Shown here one piece after another: positions 20,090 through 29,227 of a stretch of 32,000 bases of DNA. The DNA is from Enterobacterales bacterium endosymbiont of Anomoneura mori. GTDB lineage: Bacteria; Pseudomonadota; Gammaproteobacteria; Enterobacterales; Enterobacteriaceae_A. Every line of letters begins with the position of its first letter. Position 1 is the first letter of the stretch. Where the stretch lies: the NCBI RefSeq assembly GCF_047159375.1, contig NZ_AP031381.1:197823-229822 (forward strand), read 5' to 3'. The notes under the pieces are model-generated. The model searched no databases. It worked only from the letters and a program-made list of their open reading frames with translations, and was not told the origin of the DNA. The position numbers were made by a program, and so were the translations under genes.

Positions 20090-21448
20090 TTATTTACCAA
20101 TACAAAATTTAGAAAATATTTTATTTATTATATTTTCTGAATTTTCTTTACCAATAATTTTATTTAATTCTTTAATAATTAATAATAAATTTTCTGCTAA
20201 TAATTCTTCATAAAAAACATTTTTAATTATTTTTTTTGATTTTATTAAATAACATTTTATTTTTTTTAATAATTCTAAATGTCTTAAATGTGATAAATAT
20301 AATCCTTCTGTAAAATTATTTAAACCTATTTTTTTTTTTAAATATTTTTTTAATAAATTAATACCATTTAATTTTATGATAGATAAACAAATTAAAGTAT
20401 AATTTTTAATCGTAAAAATTCCTGGTTTTTCTTTAGTTAAATCTATTTTATTTCTTAATATTATAATTGATAAATTATTAGAAAAATGTTTAATAAAATT
20501 ATATTTTAAATTTAAAAAATTTTTTTTTCTTTTAGTATCTATTAATAATAATAGATAATTAGTTTTTTTAATTTCACTTATTGTTTTATTAATTCCAATA
20601 TTTTCTATTATATTTTTAGTTTTACGTAATCCAGCAGTATCAATAATATTAATTTTAATATTTTCAATATAAATATTTTTACTTAATATATCTCTTGTAG
20701 TTCCAAATATTTTAGAAACAATTGAAATATTTTTTCCAGATAATACATTTATTAAACTCGACTTTCCTACATTTGGACTACCTGCTATAACTATTTTAAT
20801 ACCTTCTTTAATAATATAACTTTTTTTTGTTTCATCTAAAATATTATTAATATTTAATAAAATATAATCTAATTTTTTTATAATTTCATTTTTTGTTATT
20901 TTTTTAATATCATCTTCTGAAAAGTTAATTTGAGCTTCTAAATTTATTCTTAAATTATCAACTAATTTAGTTATTTTAATTATTTTAGAAGAAAAACTTC
21001 CTTTAAAAGAAGCTATAGCCATTTTTGCTGCTAATATTGAATTAGCATTTATTAAATCAAAAATTGATTCTGCTTGAATTAAATTAATTTTATTATTTAA
21101 AAATGCACGTTTTAAAAATTCTCCTGGTTTAGCAATACGTATATTTTTAATTTTTAAAATATTTTTAATTAATAAATTTATAACAATAGGACCACCATGT
21201 CCATGTAATTCTAAAACATCTTCTCCAGTAAAAGAATTAGGTTTTGGAAACCATAAAGCAATTCCTTTATCTAAAATATTATTATTAAAATCATAAAAAA
21301 AAATATACTCAGCATAACGTGGTTTTGGAATTTTTTTTAATATTGTAAGAGCTACTTTTTTTGTATTTGTTCCTGAAATACGTACAACTCCAATACCACC
21401 TCTTCCAATTGGAGTTGCTTGAGCTACAATTGTATTTTTAAAATCCAT
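20090..21448 (-). CDS. mnmE: tRNA modification GTPase MnmE (TrmE/ThdF)
   Basis: The 452-aa ORF has the N-terminal TIVAQATPIGRGGIGVVRISG, G-domain motifs GSPNVGKSSL and DTAGLR, and the C-terminal FCIGK motif. It is in the conserved mnmE-yidC-rnpA-rpmH cluster. Confidence 0.94.
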   Translation of the reverse strand: MDFKNTIVAQATPIGRGGIGVVRISGTNTKKVALTILKKIPKPRYAEYIFFYDFNNNILDKGIALWFPKPNSFTGEDVLELHGHGGPIVINLLIKNILKIKNIRIAKPGEFLKRAFLNNKINLIQAESIFDLINANSILAAKMAIASFKGSFSSKIIKITKLVDNLRINLEAQINFSEDDIKKITKNEIIKKLDYILLNINNILDETKKSYIIKEGIKIVIAGSPNVGKSSLINVLSGKNISIVSKIFGTTRDILSKNIYIENIKINIIDTAGLRKTKNIIENIGINKTISEIKKTNYLLLLIDTKRKKNFLNLKYNFIKHFSNNLSIIILRNKIDLTKEKPGIFTIKNYTLICLSIIKLNGINLLKKYLKKKIGLNNFTEGLYLSHLRHLELLKKIKCYLIKSKKIIKNVFYEELLAENLLLIIKELNKIIGKENSENIINKIFSKFCIGK

Positions 21449-21474
21449 ATTTCAAAAATATTAATTTAATTATT

Positions 21475-23067
21475 TTATTTATATTTTTTAAAAAATTTTT
21501 TATAAATTTTTTTTTGTTGAAAAATAATAAAAATATTATTTATTATATAATAAATTATTATTCCAGAAGGAAAATAATAAAAAAATATACTAAATAATAA
21601 TGGTAAAAAATTTATAATTTTTTCTTGAAATGTATTTTTTTTAGATTTATATGATATTTTTTGAATATAATATATTGTAATAGATAATATAATTGGTAAA
21701 ATAAAATAAGGATCTTTTGAAGAAAGATCATTAATCCAAAAAATAAATTTTGAATGTCTTAATTCTATAGATTCTATTAAAATATTATATAATGATAAAA
21801 ATATTGGTATTTGTATTATTACTGATAATAATCCTAATAAAGGATTAATTTTTTCATTTTTATATAATTTAAATATTTCTTTATTCATTAATAGTTTATT
21901 ATTTTTATAAATTTCTTTTATTTTTTTAATTTTAGGATTTAATAAATTTATTTTATTAGCGTAAATATATTGAAAATTTGTAATTGGATAAATAATTAAA
22001 CGTAATAATAATGTTATTAATATTATTGAAAAACCCCAATTTCCTATAATTTTATTTATAAATTTTAATATTTTAAATATAGGATGTGATAAAAATCCAA
22101 AAAAACCATAATTTATAGTTAAATTTAAATATGGGGATATTTTTATAAATTCATCTTGTAATTTAGGACCAATCCATAAAGATGTTTTAAAATTTTTAAT
22201 ATTATACGGTTTTATAATATTTGAATTAGATTGATAACTAATAATATTTAAATTATTATTTATTTTTTTAAAATTTAAAATATTTTTTTTATTATTAGGT
22301 ATTAATGATGTAATGAAATATTTTTGTAACATTGCTATCCAACCAGTTTTTGTATCTACATTATATTTTATATCATTTTTAAAAGATATTTTTTTAATTT
22401 TTTCTTTATCAGTTGAAAATGCAATTTCTTTTGAATTATTATTAATTAAAATATTATCATTAGATAAATTTATTGTTTGTTTAATTTGTCCAAAATCATT
22501 TAATTTTATTGGAAATTTACTATTATTTATAAAAGTATTTAAAATTTTAATTTCATAACTATTTCTTTTTAATATAAAAGTTTTAATTATAATATTTCCA
22601 TTATTATCTTTATAATACATTGGAATAGAAATAAAATTTTCATTATTTTTTAATATATAATTATCTTTTTCAATTTTAAAATTTGGATTAATTATTTTAT
22701 TTTTATTTTTAAATAAAAAATTTTTTTTAATTATATTATTTTTAATTTGATATATAAAAGAATTATTTGTTTTAAGTAATTTTAAATATTCACAAGAATT
22801 TATTTTTTCTTTATATTTTAATAATTTAGCTTCTTCTATAATTCCGCCATTTGTATTAATTGTTAAATTTAATAAATCAGTTTTAATTATTATTTTTTTA
22901 TAACTTTTATTTCTATTATTTATTATATTATCATAATTATAATTAATAATATTTTCATTTTGATTAATATTTAAACAATTTTTTATATTTTCTTTTTTTT
23001 TAAATATTCCTAAAGTTATTACAAATAAAAACAATATTAATATAAGTAATTTATTTTTAATATTCAA
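21475..23067 (-). CDS. yidC: Membrane protein insertase YidC
   Basis: The 530-aa ORF has an N-terminal TM segment, a large periplasmic domain and a C-terminal multi-TM core (GNWGFSIILITLLLRLIIYP, NPLLGLLSVIIQIPIFLSLY, PSGIIIYY). It sits between rnpA and mnmE. Confidence 0.92.
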   Translation of the reverse strand: MNIKNKLLILILFLFVITLGIFKKKENIKNCLNINQNENIINYNYDNIINNRNKSYKKIIIKTDLLNLTINTNGGIIEEAKLLKYKEKINSCEYLKLLKTNNSFIYQIKNNIIKKNFLFKNKNKIINPNFKIEKDNYILKNNENFISIPMYYKDNNGNIIIKTFILKRNSYEIKILNTFINNSKFPIKLNDFGQIKQTINLSNDNILINNNSKEIAFSTDKEKIKKISFKNDIKYNVDTKTGWIAMLQKYFITSLIPNNKKNILNFKKINNNLNIISYQSNSNIIKPYNIKNFKTSLWIGPKLQDEFIKISPYLNLTINYGFFGFLSHPIFKILKFINKIIGNWGFSIILITLLLRLIIYPITNFQYIYANKINLLNPKIKKIKEIYKNNKLLMNKEIFKLYKNEKINPLLGLLSVIIQIPIFLSLYNILIESIELRHSKFIFWINDLSSKDPYFILPIILSITIYYIQKISYKSKKNTFQEKIINFLPLLFSIFFYYFPSGIIIYYIINNIFIIFQQKKIYKKFFKKYK

Positions 23068-23155
23068 AATTATTTTTAATTATTTTAAAATAAAATTATT
23101 ATATAATAAAAAAATATTTTTATAAAATTTAATATTTATAATTTTAATATTATAT

Positions 23156-23491
23156 TTAATAATTTTTAAATTTCCAAATTTTTTCTATTTTTTTAAAAAT
23201 TTTATAATTATTTAAATTATTTATAGGTTTTTTTAAAAAAAATATAAAATCATATAATGGTAATAAAAATTGATTATAACAAAAACTATATTTAAAAATA
23301 CGTTTTAAACGATTTCTATCATTTGATAATTTAATATTTTTTTTTTTAATAATTAAACATAATCTTGCATATTCTAAATTATTAATAATTTTAAAAATAT
23401 TAAAATATTTATTATTATATAATTTAGAATTTTTAAAATTTATTTTTAAAATATTTTTTATTATTAAATTATTTAAAGAAAAAATTTTCAT
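23156..23491 (-). CDS. rnpA: RNase P protein component
   Basis: The 111-aa basic ORF lies immediately downstream of rpmH. It carries the RNR motif region (SNDRNRLKRIFKYSF; E. coli AHERNRIKRLTRESF). Confidence 0.88.
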   Translation of the reverse strand: MKIFSLNNLIIKNILKINFKNSKLYNNKYFNIFKIINNLEYARLCLIIKKKNIKLSNDRNRLKRIFKYSFCYNQFLLPLYDFIFFLKKPINNLNNYKIFKKIEKIWKFKNY

Positions 23492-23499
23492 TTTAAAAT

Positions 23500-23640
23500 T
23501 TATTTATAAGAAATTAATTTTTTTCTACCTTTATTGCGTCTTCTTGATAAAATTTTTCTACCAGTTTTTTTTGACATTTTTATACGAAATCCATATTTTC
23601 TATTTCTTTTTAAAATTGATGGTTGAAAAGTATATTTCAT
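23500..23640 (-). CDS. rpmH: 50S ribosomal protein L34
   Basis: Not in the ORF track. My translation is [46 protein letters not shown] (46 aa). E. coli has [46 protein letters not shown]. Confidence 0.95.
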   Translation of the reverse strand: MKYTFQPSILKRNRKYGFRIKMSKKTGRKILSRRRNKGRKKLISYK

Positions 23641-23756
23641 ATTTTTTTATTTATATATAATTTATTATAATTTTAAAAATTTTAAAATATTAATATTAAA
23701 TAATTATTATTTTTAAAAAATACAAAATACATAAAAAATATTAAAAAGGAAAAAAG

Positions 23757-25028
23757 TTGAATAAAAAAAAAATAATAATAATTGGTGGTGGAGTTAGTGG
23801 TTTAGAATTAGCAAAAAATTTAGGTAATAAAATAGGGAAAAAAATAAATATTACACTTATAGATAAAAATCCACATCATATATGGAAACCTATTTTACAT
23901 GAAATTGCTACAGGTTATTTAGATGCTAATATAAATTCTGTAAATTATTTAGATCATGCATATAATAATAATTATAGTTTTATATTAGGAAATATAATAA
24001 ATATTAATAAATATAAAAAAATAATAACATATAAATGTAATAATAATTTAAAAAATTATAAAAAAATAAGTTATGATATTCTTGTTATTGCATTAGGTAG
24101 TATATCTAATGATTTTAATATTTTGGGAGTTAAAAAAAATTGTTTTTTTTTAGATAATATTAACCAAGCACTTTTACTTCATAAAAAAATATTTAATATT
24201 TTACTAAATTTATATGAAAATAAAAATAAAATTATTAATATAGTTATTATTGGAGGTGGGGCAACAGGAATTGAATTATCTACTGAAATTTTAAATACAA
24301 TAAAAGAATTAAAAAAATATAATTATAATAATTTAAAAAATAAAAAAATAAATATTTTTATAATTGAAGCAAGTAATAGAATTTTATCAGCATTACCAAT
24401 TAAAATTTCATTAAATATACATAATAAATTAAAAAAATTAGGAATTAATATACTTAATAAAACTATTGTTATAAAAGTTTATAAATATGGAATTATTACT
24501 AAAACAAATATATTTATAAATGCTAATTTAATTATTTGGTCAGCAGGTATTAAAGTACATAATTTTATTAAAAAAATAAAAGGTCTTGAAACTAATAAAA
24601 TTAATCAATTAATAATTAAATCTACTTTACAAACTACATTAGATGAAAATATTTTTGCTATTGGTGACTGTTCATCTTTAAAATTAAATAATAATAATTT
24701 TGTACCAGCAAGAGCACAATCTGCACATCAAATGTCAAGTATTTGTTATAAAAATATTTTAGCTATTTTAAATAAAAATTCTTTAAAATCATTTAAATAT
24801 ATTGATAAAGGTGTTTTAATATCTTTATCTAAATATAATACAATAGGGTATATAATAATTAACAAAATAAATAAAAAAATAATTATAAAAGGAAAAATTG
24901 CACGTTTTTTATATATTACATTATATATAATACACCAAATTAAAATTTTAGGATTTAAAAAAACTATTTTATTAAATTTAATGAATGTTATTAATAAATT
25001 TATTTTTTTTAAAATTAAAATTAAATAA
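23757..25028 (+). CDS. ndh: Type II NADH:quinone oxidoreductase (NDH-2), TTG start
   Basis: The 423-aa ORF has IIIGGGVSGLELA, HIWKPILHEIATG, VIALGS.SNDFN..GVK.NC.FLD, IIGGGATGIELS, WSAGIK, AIGDCS and VPARAQSAHQM, colinear with E. coli Ndh. AGGA lies 6 nt before the TTG. Confidence 0.92.
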   Translation: MNKKKIIIIGGGVSGLELAKNLGNKIGKKINITLIDKNPHHIWKPILHEIATGYLDANINSVNYLDHAYNNNYSFILGNIININKYKKIITYKCNNNLKNYKKISYDILVIALGSISNDFNILGVKKNCFFLDNINQALLLHKKIFNILLNLYENKNKIINIVIIGGGATGIELSTEILNTIKELKKYNYNNLKNKKINIFIIEASNRILSALPIKISLNIHNKLKKLGINILNKTIVIKVYKYGIITKTNIFINANLIIWSAGIKVHNFIKKIKGLETNKINQLIIKSTLQTTLDENIFAIGDCSSLKLNNNNFVPARAQSAHQMSSICYKNILAILNKNSLKSFKYIDKGVLISLSKYNTIGYIIINKINKKIIIKGKIARFLYITLYIIHQIKILGFKKTILLNLMNVINKFIFFKIKIK

Positions 25029-25058
25029 TTATTATAAATTTTAAATTATATAAAATAT

Positions 25059-25406
25059 TTAAAAATTTTCATCAATCCTAAGTTTAAAAGAAGAACCACA
25101 ACTACATGTTTTTTTAATATTAGAATTTTTAATAATAAACTTTGATTCTTCTAAATTAGAAATATAAAATAAATAACTTCCAGATAAATATTGTAAACTT
25201 ATTGGATCAATAACTATTATAATATTATCTTTAATAATACATGTATCATTATATTTTTTATTTTTAACTAAAATAAACCCATATTTTAAACCACCACATC
25301 CACCACCTTTAATAAAAATTCTTAATTTTTTTTTTTTTTTTGTTGTTATATATTTTATTTGATTAATAGCAGTTTTATCTATATTAAAATTAAAAAAATT
25401 TTTCAT
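25059..25406 (-). CDS. erpA: A-type iron-sulfur cluster carrier protein, best match ErpA
   Basis: The 115-aa ORF has LRIFIKGGGCGGLKYGF, VIDPISLQYLSGS (E. coli ErpA VVDPMSLQYLVGG) and the C-terminal TCSCGSSF. The ErpA versus IscA call rests on my recalled alignment only. Confidence 0.7.
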   Translation of the reverse strand: MKNFFNFNIDKTAINQIKYITTKKKKKLRIFIKGGGCGGLKYGFILVKNKKYNDTCIIKDNIIIVIDPISLQYLSGSYLFYISNLEESKFIIKNSNIKKTCSCGSSFKLRIDENF

Positions 25407-25485
25407 TATTTTTATAAATAAAATATTTAAAAATATTTTTAACTAAAATTTTATATTTTTTAAAAAATTAATATTTTAAATAAAT

Positions 25486-25559
25486 TACATCTGAAAGGAT
25501 TTGAACCTTTGACCTCTCAGTTCGTAGCCGAGTGCTCTATCCAACTAAGCTACAGATGT
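25486..25559 (-). tRNA. argV: tRNA-Arg (anticodon ACG)
   Basis: The reverse complement is ACATCTGTAGCTTAGTTGGATAGAGCACTCGGCTACGAACTGAGAGGTCAAAGGTTCAAATCCTTTCAGATGTA. It is close to E. coli tRNA-Arg(ACG) and forms a full cloverleaf. No CCA is encoded. It lies 3 nt downstream of tRNA-Ser, the same order as E. coli serV-argV. Confidence 0.93.
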
Positions 25560-25562
25560 ATA

Positions 25563-25650
25563 CGGTGAGACGGGGATTTGAACCCCGGATACTGTTTTAA
25601 AGTATACTCCCTTAGCAGAGGAGCGCCTTCAGCCACTTGGCTATCTCACC
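25563..25650 (-). tRNA. serV: tRNA-Ser (anticodon GCT), long variable arm
   Basis: The reverse complement is GGTGAGATAGCCAAGTGGCTGAAGGCGCTCCTCTGCTAAGGGAGTATACTTTAAAACAGTATCCGGGGTTCAAATCCCCGTCTCACCG. It is close to E. coli tRNA-Ser(GCU). No CCA is encoded. Confidence 0.93.
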
Positions 25651-25998
25651 TAATTTATATTTTAAAAAATTAATTTATTAAATATTATATAATACAAATT
25701 TTTAATAATAAATATTTTAAAAAATATATTAATTAATTTATAAAAATAATTTAATATTTATATTAATATTTATTTAATATTTTTAAAATTTTATTTTTAT
25801 AAAATATAATATTATTTTATATTATAAATTTTAAAAATTAATATTAATTAAATTTATTTTATTTTTTTTAAAAATATTTAATATTTAACTAAAAATATAA
25901 ATTCAACAACTTTTATCTTTTAATATAATATTTTATAATAAAAAAATCTTTTTTTATAAAAAAATTATTTATAATTTAATTTTTTTAAAATATAATTA

Positions 25999-26033
25999 TT
26001 TGACTTTTTTTTTTTTTTTATTTAAAATATAAT
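25999..26033 (+). promoter_or_regulatory. Candidate promoter for tRNA-Val (and possibly cspC): TTGACT followed by a T16 spacer tract and TAAAAT/TATAAT
   Basis: TTGACT at 25999-26004 holds the only G in about 350 nt of plus-strand spacer. TAAAAT at 26023-26028 gives an 18-nt spacer. TATAAT at 26028-26033 gives a 23-nt spacer and lies 7 nt before the tRNA 5' end. The spacer consists mostly of a T16 run (26004-26019). Confidence 0.35.
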
Positions 26034-26039
26034 TATAAA

Positions 26040-26112
26040 AGGTGATTAGCTCAGTTGGTAGAGCGTCTCCTTTACACGGAGATGGTCGGTGGTTCAATTC
26101 CTCCATCACCTA
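26040..26112 (+). tRNA. valT: tRNA-Val (anticodon TAC)
   Basis: AGGTGATTAGCTCAGTTGGTAGAGCGTCTCCTTTACACGGAGATGGTCGGTGGTTCAATTCCTCCATCACCTA is close to E. coli tRNA-Val(UAC). The T-stem has one T-T mismatch. No CCA is encoded. Confidence 0.9.
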
Positions 26113-26205
26113 ATAAAATTTAATATATTATTTAAACATAATTTATTATAAAATAATTAAATATATTAAAAATATTTTTAAATATATTTTAAAAAAGGAA
26201 AAAAA

Positions 26206-26415
26206 ATGGCTAAAATGAGAGGTCAAGTAAAATGGTTTAATGAATCAAAAGGATTTGGTTTCATTACTCCTGCAGATGGAAGTAAAGATGTTTTTGTACA
26301 TTTTTCAGCTATACAAGGTAGTGGTTTTAAAACTCTTGCTGAAGGACAAAATATAGAATTTGAAATACAAGAAGGTCAAAAAGGACCATCAGCAATAAAT
26401 GTTACAACTTTATAA
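26206..26415 (+). CDS. cspC: Cold-shock-domain protein, CspC-like
   Basis: The 69-aa [72 protein letters not shown] is nearly identical to E. coli CspC as I recall it ([69 protein letters not shown]). AGGA plus six A precedes the ATG. Confidence 0.93.
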   Translation: MAKMRGQVKWFNESKGFGFITPADGSKDVFVHFSAIQGSGFKTLAEGQNIEFEIQEGQKGPSAINVTTL

Positions 26416-26432
26416 TAAAAACAATTTTTAAA

Positions 26433-26462
26433 AAACCCGTAAAATACGGGTTTAATTTTTTA
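26433..26462 (+). terminator. Rho-independent terminator after cspC, possibly bidirectional with rpmG
   Basis: The hairpin is aaacccgta-aaa-tacgggttt (26433-26453), followed by aattttttat. It is the only GC-containing stem between convergent cspC and rpmG. Confidence 0.7.
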
Positions 26463-26475
26463 TATTTTTTTAAAA

Positions 26476-26637
26476 CTATATTTTATATTCTTTATATAAA
26501 ATATGTTTTCTAACTATAGGATTATATTTTTTTAAAATTATTTTTTTAATATTTTTTTTATTTTTTGTAGTAGTATAAAAATGTTTATTTTTATTTAAAG
26601 AAATTAATTTTATCTTTTCTATATTTTTTTTTTTCAT
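26476..26637 (-). CDS. rpmG: 50S ribosomal protein L33
   Basis: Not in the ORF track. My translation is [53 protein letters not shown] (53 aa, TAG stop). E. coli has [55 protein letters not shown]. It lies downstream of rpmB, as in the rpmBG operon. Confidence 0.93.
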   Translation of the reverse strand: MKKKNIEKIKLISLNKNKHFYTTTKNKKNIKKIILKKYNPIVRKHILYKEYKI

Positions 26638-26656
26638 TTATCCTTTATTAAATTAA

Positions 26657-26860
26657 TTATAATAAATTATAATTTTTTTTATAAAAAATTTTTAAACCTT
26701 TTTTTGAAATTTTAAAATTTAAATATTTTTTTTTTTTTTTATTCCAAATTTTATGATTATGTAAATTTGGTAAAAAAATTCTTTTTGTAGTATTCATTGC
26801 GTGTGATCTTTTATTACCTTTCATAGGTTTTTTACCAGTTATTTGACATATTTTAGACAT
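26657..26860 (-). CDS. rpmB: 50S ribosomal protein L28 (shortened C-terminus)
   Basis: The 67-aa ORF begins [40 protein letters not shown]. coli has [39 protein letters not shown]. Confidence 0.93.
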   Translation of the reverse strand: MSKICQITGKKPMKGNKRSHAMNTTKRIFLPNLHNHKIWNKKKKKYLNFKISKKGLKIFYKKNYNLL

Positions 26861-26928
26861 TTAAACTCCAAATGTATTTAATTAATTAAATATAAAATAT
26901 TTTAATTTATTTATTAAAAATTAAATTA

Positions 26929-27849
26929 TTATTTAATATAACATTCTTTACAACAAAATTTTTTATATTTTTTATAACATTTTAAACATTGAATTAATAA
27001 TTTATTACAAATATTATTTTTACAATTAATGTAATTATCACTTTTTTTACCACATGTATAACAATTTGATATTATATCTTTAGTAACAAATTCTTTTAAA
27101 CGTTTATCAAAAACAAAATTTTTACCAATAAAATTAATTGGTAATTTTTTAGAATTTGCAAAATTTACATAATTTATTATACCTCCTTTTATATGGAAAA
27201 CATTTTTAAAACCATTTTTTAAAATATATTTAGTAGAAATTTCACAACGAATTCCACCAGTACAATACATTAAAATATTATTTTTAATTTTTTTTTTAAT
27301 TTTTTTAATTATTTTACTTAATTGATTTCTAAAAGTAATAGATGGTAATGTAAAAGCATTTTTAAAATGTCCAATTTCATATTCATAATAATTTCTCATA
27401 TCTAAAAATAATGTATTTTTACAATTTATAAAATTATTAACTTGAAAAACATTTAAATAAATTCCAGTTTTTTTAAAATTTTTTATATTTTTAATTTTAT
27501 GATTTAAAATATAATTTTTAATTTTAATTTTTAAAGAACAAAAACTTTTTTTATTATTTAAACATTTATTTAAATTTATTTTTTTAAATAATGAATTATA
27601 ATAATAAAAAAAATTTTTAAAATATAAAAAATTTTTTTTTGGTATACTTATTTGTGCATTAATACCTTCTTCAGATATTAAAATTCTTCCTAATATATTT
27701 AATTTTTTAAATTTTATAAAAAGAAAATTCTTTACTTTTTTAACATTACAAATATTAAAATATTTATAAAATGTAAAATTATATCTTAAACTTTTTTTTT
27801 TTTTAATAAATTTTTTATTTATTTTTTTATTACATAAATTAGTTTTCAT
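26929..27849 (-). CDS. trhO: Rhodanese-domain protein YceA/TrhO (tRNA U34 hydroxylase family, UPF0176)
   Basis: The 306-aa ORF has GRILISEEGINAQIS, D.RN.YEYEIGHFKNA, the active-site loop MYCTGGIRCE and a Cys-rich C-terminus. It sits beside rluC. Confidence 0.8.
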   Translation of the reverse strand: MKTNLCNKKINKKFIKKKKSLRYNFTFYKYFNICNVKKVKNFLFIKFKKLNILGRILISEEGINAQISIPKKNFLYFKNFFYYYNSLFKKINLNKCLNNKKSFCSLKIKIKNYILNHKIKNIKNFKKTGIYLNVFQVNNFINCKNTLFLDMRNYYEYEIGHFKNAFTLPSITFRNQLSKIIKKIKKKIKNNILMYCTGGIRCEISTKYILKNGFKNVFHIKGGIINYVNFANSKKLPINFIGKNFVFDKRLKEFVTKDIISNCYTCGKKSDNYINCKNNICNKLLIQCLKCYKKYKKFCCKECYIK

Positions 27850-27971
27850 AAATATTTAAAATTAATTATAAATAAATATTAATTATTTTATATTAAATAT
27901 TTAATTTATTAAATATTTAAAATAATAATATTTTGTTATTATAAAGTAAATTTTATAAATTTTAAAATATT

Positions 27972-28883
27972 TTGAAAAATATTAAAAAAATAAATTTTAT
28001 TAAAATTGATAGTAATAAAGAAGGACAAAGAATAGATAACTATTTAAAAAATATTTTAAAAAATTTATCAAAAAATAATATTTATAAAATTATAAGAAAA
28101 GGAAGTGTAAGAATAAACAATAAACGTATTAATTTTTTTTATAAATTAAAATTAGGTGATTTAATACGTATTAAAAAACAACAAAAAAAAAAAAATTTTT
28201 TTTATTTAGAAAATTTAGAAAAAAAAATTATATATGAAGATAATCATATATTAATAATTAAAAAACCTTCAGGAATTTCTGTTCATGGTGGAAGTGGAAT
28301 TAAATGTGGAATTATTGAAAGTTTAAGAATATTAAGAAATAAAGAAGATTTTTTAGAACTTGTACATAGATTAGATCGTGAAACTTCTGGTATATTATTA
28401 ATAGCAAAAAATAGATCATCTTTACTTTTTTTAAATAATGAATTACGTTTAAAAAATATTAAAAAAGAATATTTAGCTTTAGTTCATGGTAAATGGAATA
28501 AAAAAATAAAAATTATTCAAACATATATTAAAAATAAAAAAATAACATTAAATAATAATAAATATAAATTTTCAAAAACTATTTTTAAAATAAAAGAAAT
28601 TTTTAAATTTTGTACTTTAATTAAAATTTTACCAATTACTGGTAGAACACATCAAATTCGTATACATACTTCATATGCTAATCACCCAATTTTGTTTGAT
28701 AAATTATATGGAAAATCTTATTTAGATAATAAATTTAATAATTTTAAATTAAATAGACTGTTTTTACATGCTAATAAAATTATTTTTAAACATCCTTTTA
28801 CAAAAAAAATTTTTAAAATAACATCTTCTATTGATAATGATTTAAATTATTTTTTAAATATTTTACGTAAAAATAATAAATAA
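27972..28883 (+). CDS. rluC: 23S rRNA pseudouridine synthase RluC (RluA family), TTG start
   Basis: The 303-aa ORF has an S4-like N-terminus (EGQRIDNYL...IYKIIRKGSVRINNKR) and the catalytic motif HRLDRETSGILLIAK. It also has YLALVHGKW and TGRTHQIRIHT. It lies upstream of rpmF, as in E. coli. Confidence 0.88.
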   Translation: MKNIKKINFIKIDSNKEGQRIDNYLKNILKNLSKNNIYKIIRKGSVRINNKRINFFYKLKLGDLIRIKKQQKKKNFFYLENLEKKIIYEDNHILIIKKPSGISVHGGSGIKCGIIESLRILRNKEDFLELVHRLDRETSGILLIAKNRSSLLFLNNELRLKNIKKEYLALVHGKWNKKIKIIQTYIKNKKITLNNNKYKFSKTIFKIKEIFKFCTLIKILPITGRTHQIRIHTSYANHPILFDKLYGKSYLDNKFNNFKLNRLFLHANKIIFKHPFTKKIFKITSSIDNDLNYFLNILRKNNK

Positions 28884-28991
28884 TTTTAATTTTAAATTAA
28901 AATATTTTAAAAAAATATTTAAATTTATTTAATAAAAATATTAATAATATAAAATTAATAATTAAAATATATTAAAATAAGGCAATTAAAA

Positions 28992-29159
28992 ATGGCAGTT
29001 CCAAAACATAGAATATCTCGTTCAAAAAGAAATATGAGAAGATCTCATGATAAATTAAAATTTAAATTTTTATCTATTGATAAAAAAACTAAAGAATTAC
29101 ATTTTAGACACAATATAACTCTTAATGGTTTTTATAAAGGTATAAAAGTTATTAAATAA
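28992..29159 (+). CDS. rpmF: 50S ribosomal protein L32
   Basis: Not in the ORF track. My translation is [55 protein letters not shown] (55 aa). E. coli has [57 protein letters not shown]. Confidence 0.93.
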   Translation: MAVPKHRISRSKRNMRRSHDKLKFKFLSIDKKTKELHFRHNITLNGFYKGIKVIK

Positions 29160-29227
29160 TATATATTTTAAAAATAATAATTAATTAATATATTTTAATA
29201 ATTAAAATAATTTAAAAAGGAAAAAAA

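Noticed and set aside
22313-22558. 81-aa ORF on the + strand
   Set aside because: It is antisense within yidC, with no SD and no recognisable motifs.
23641-23756. Calling the rpmH-ndh spacer the replication origin
   Set aside because: The position is suggestive by synteny. However, I see no DnaA boxes, no 13-mer array beyond generic A/T, and I cannot compute skew from one window. It is kept only as a synteny observation.
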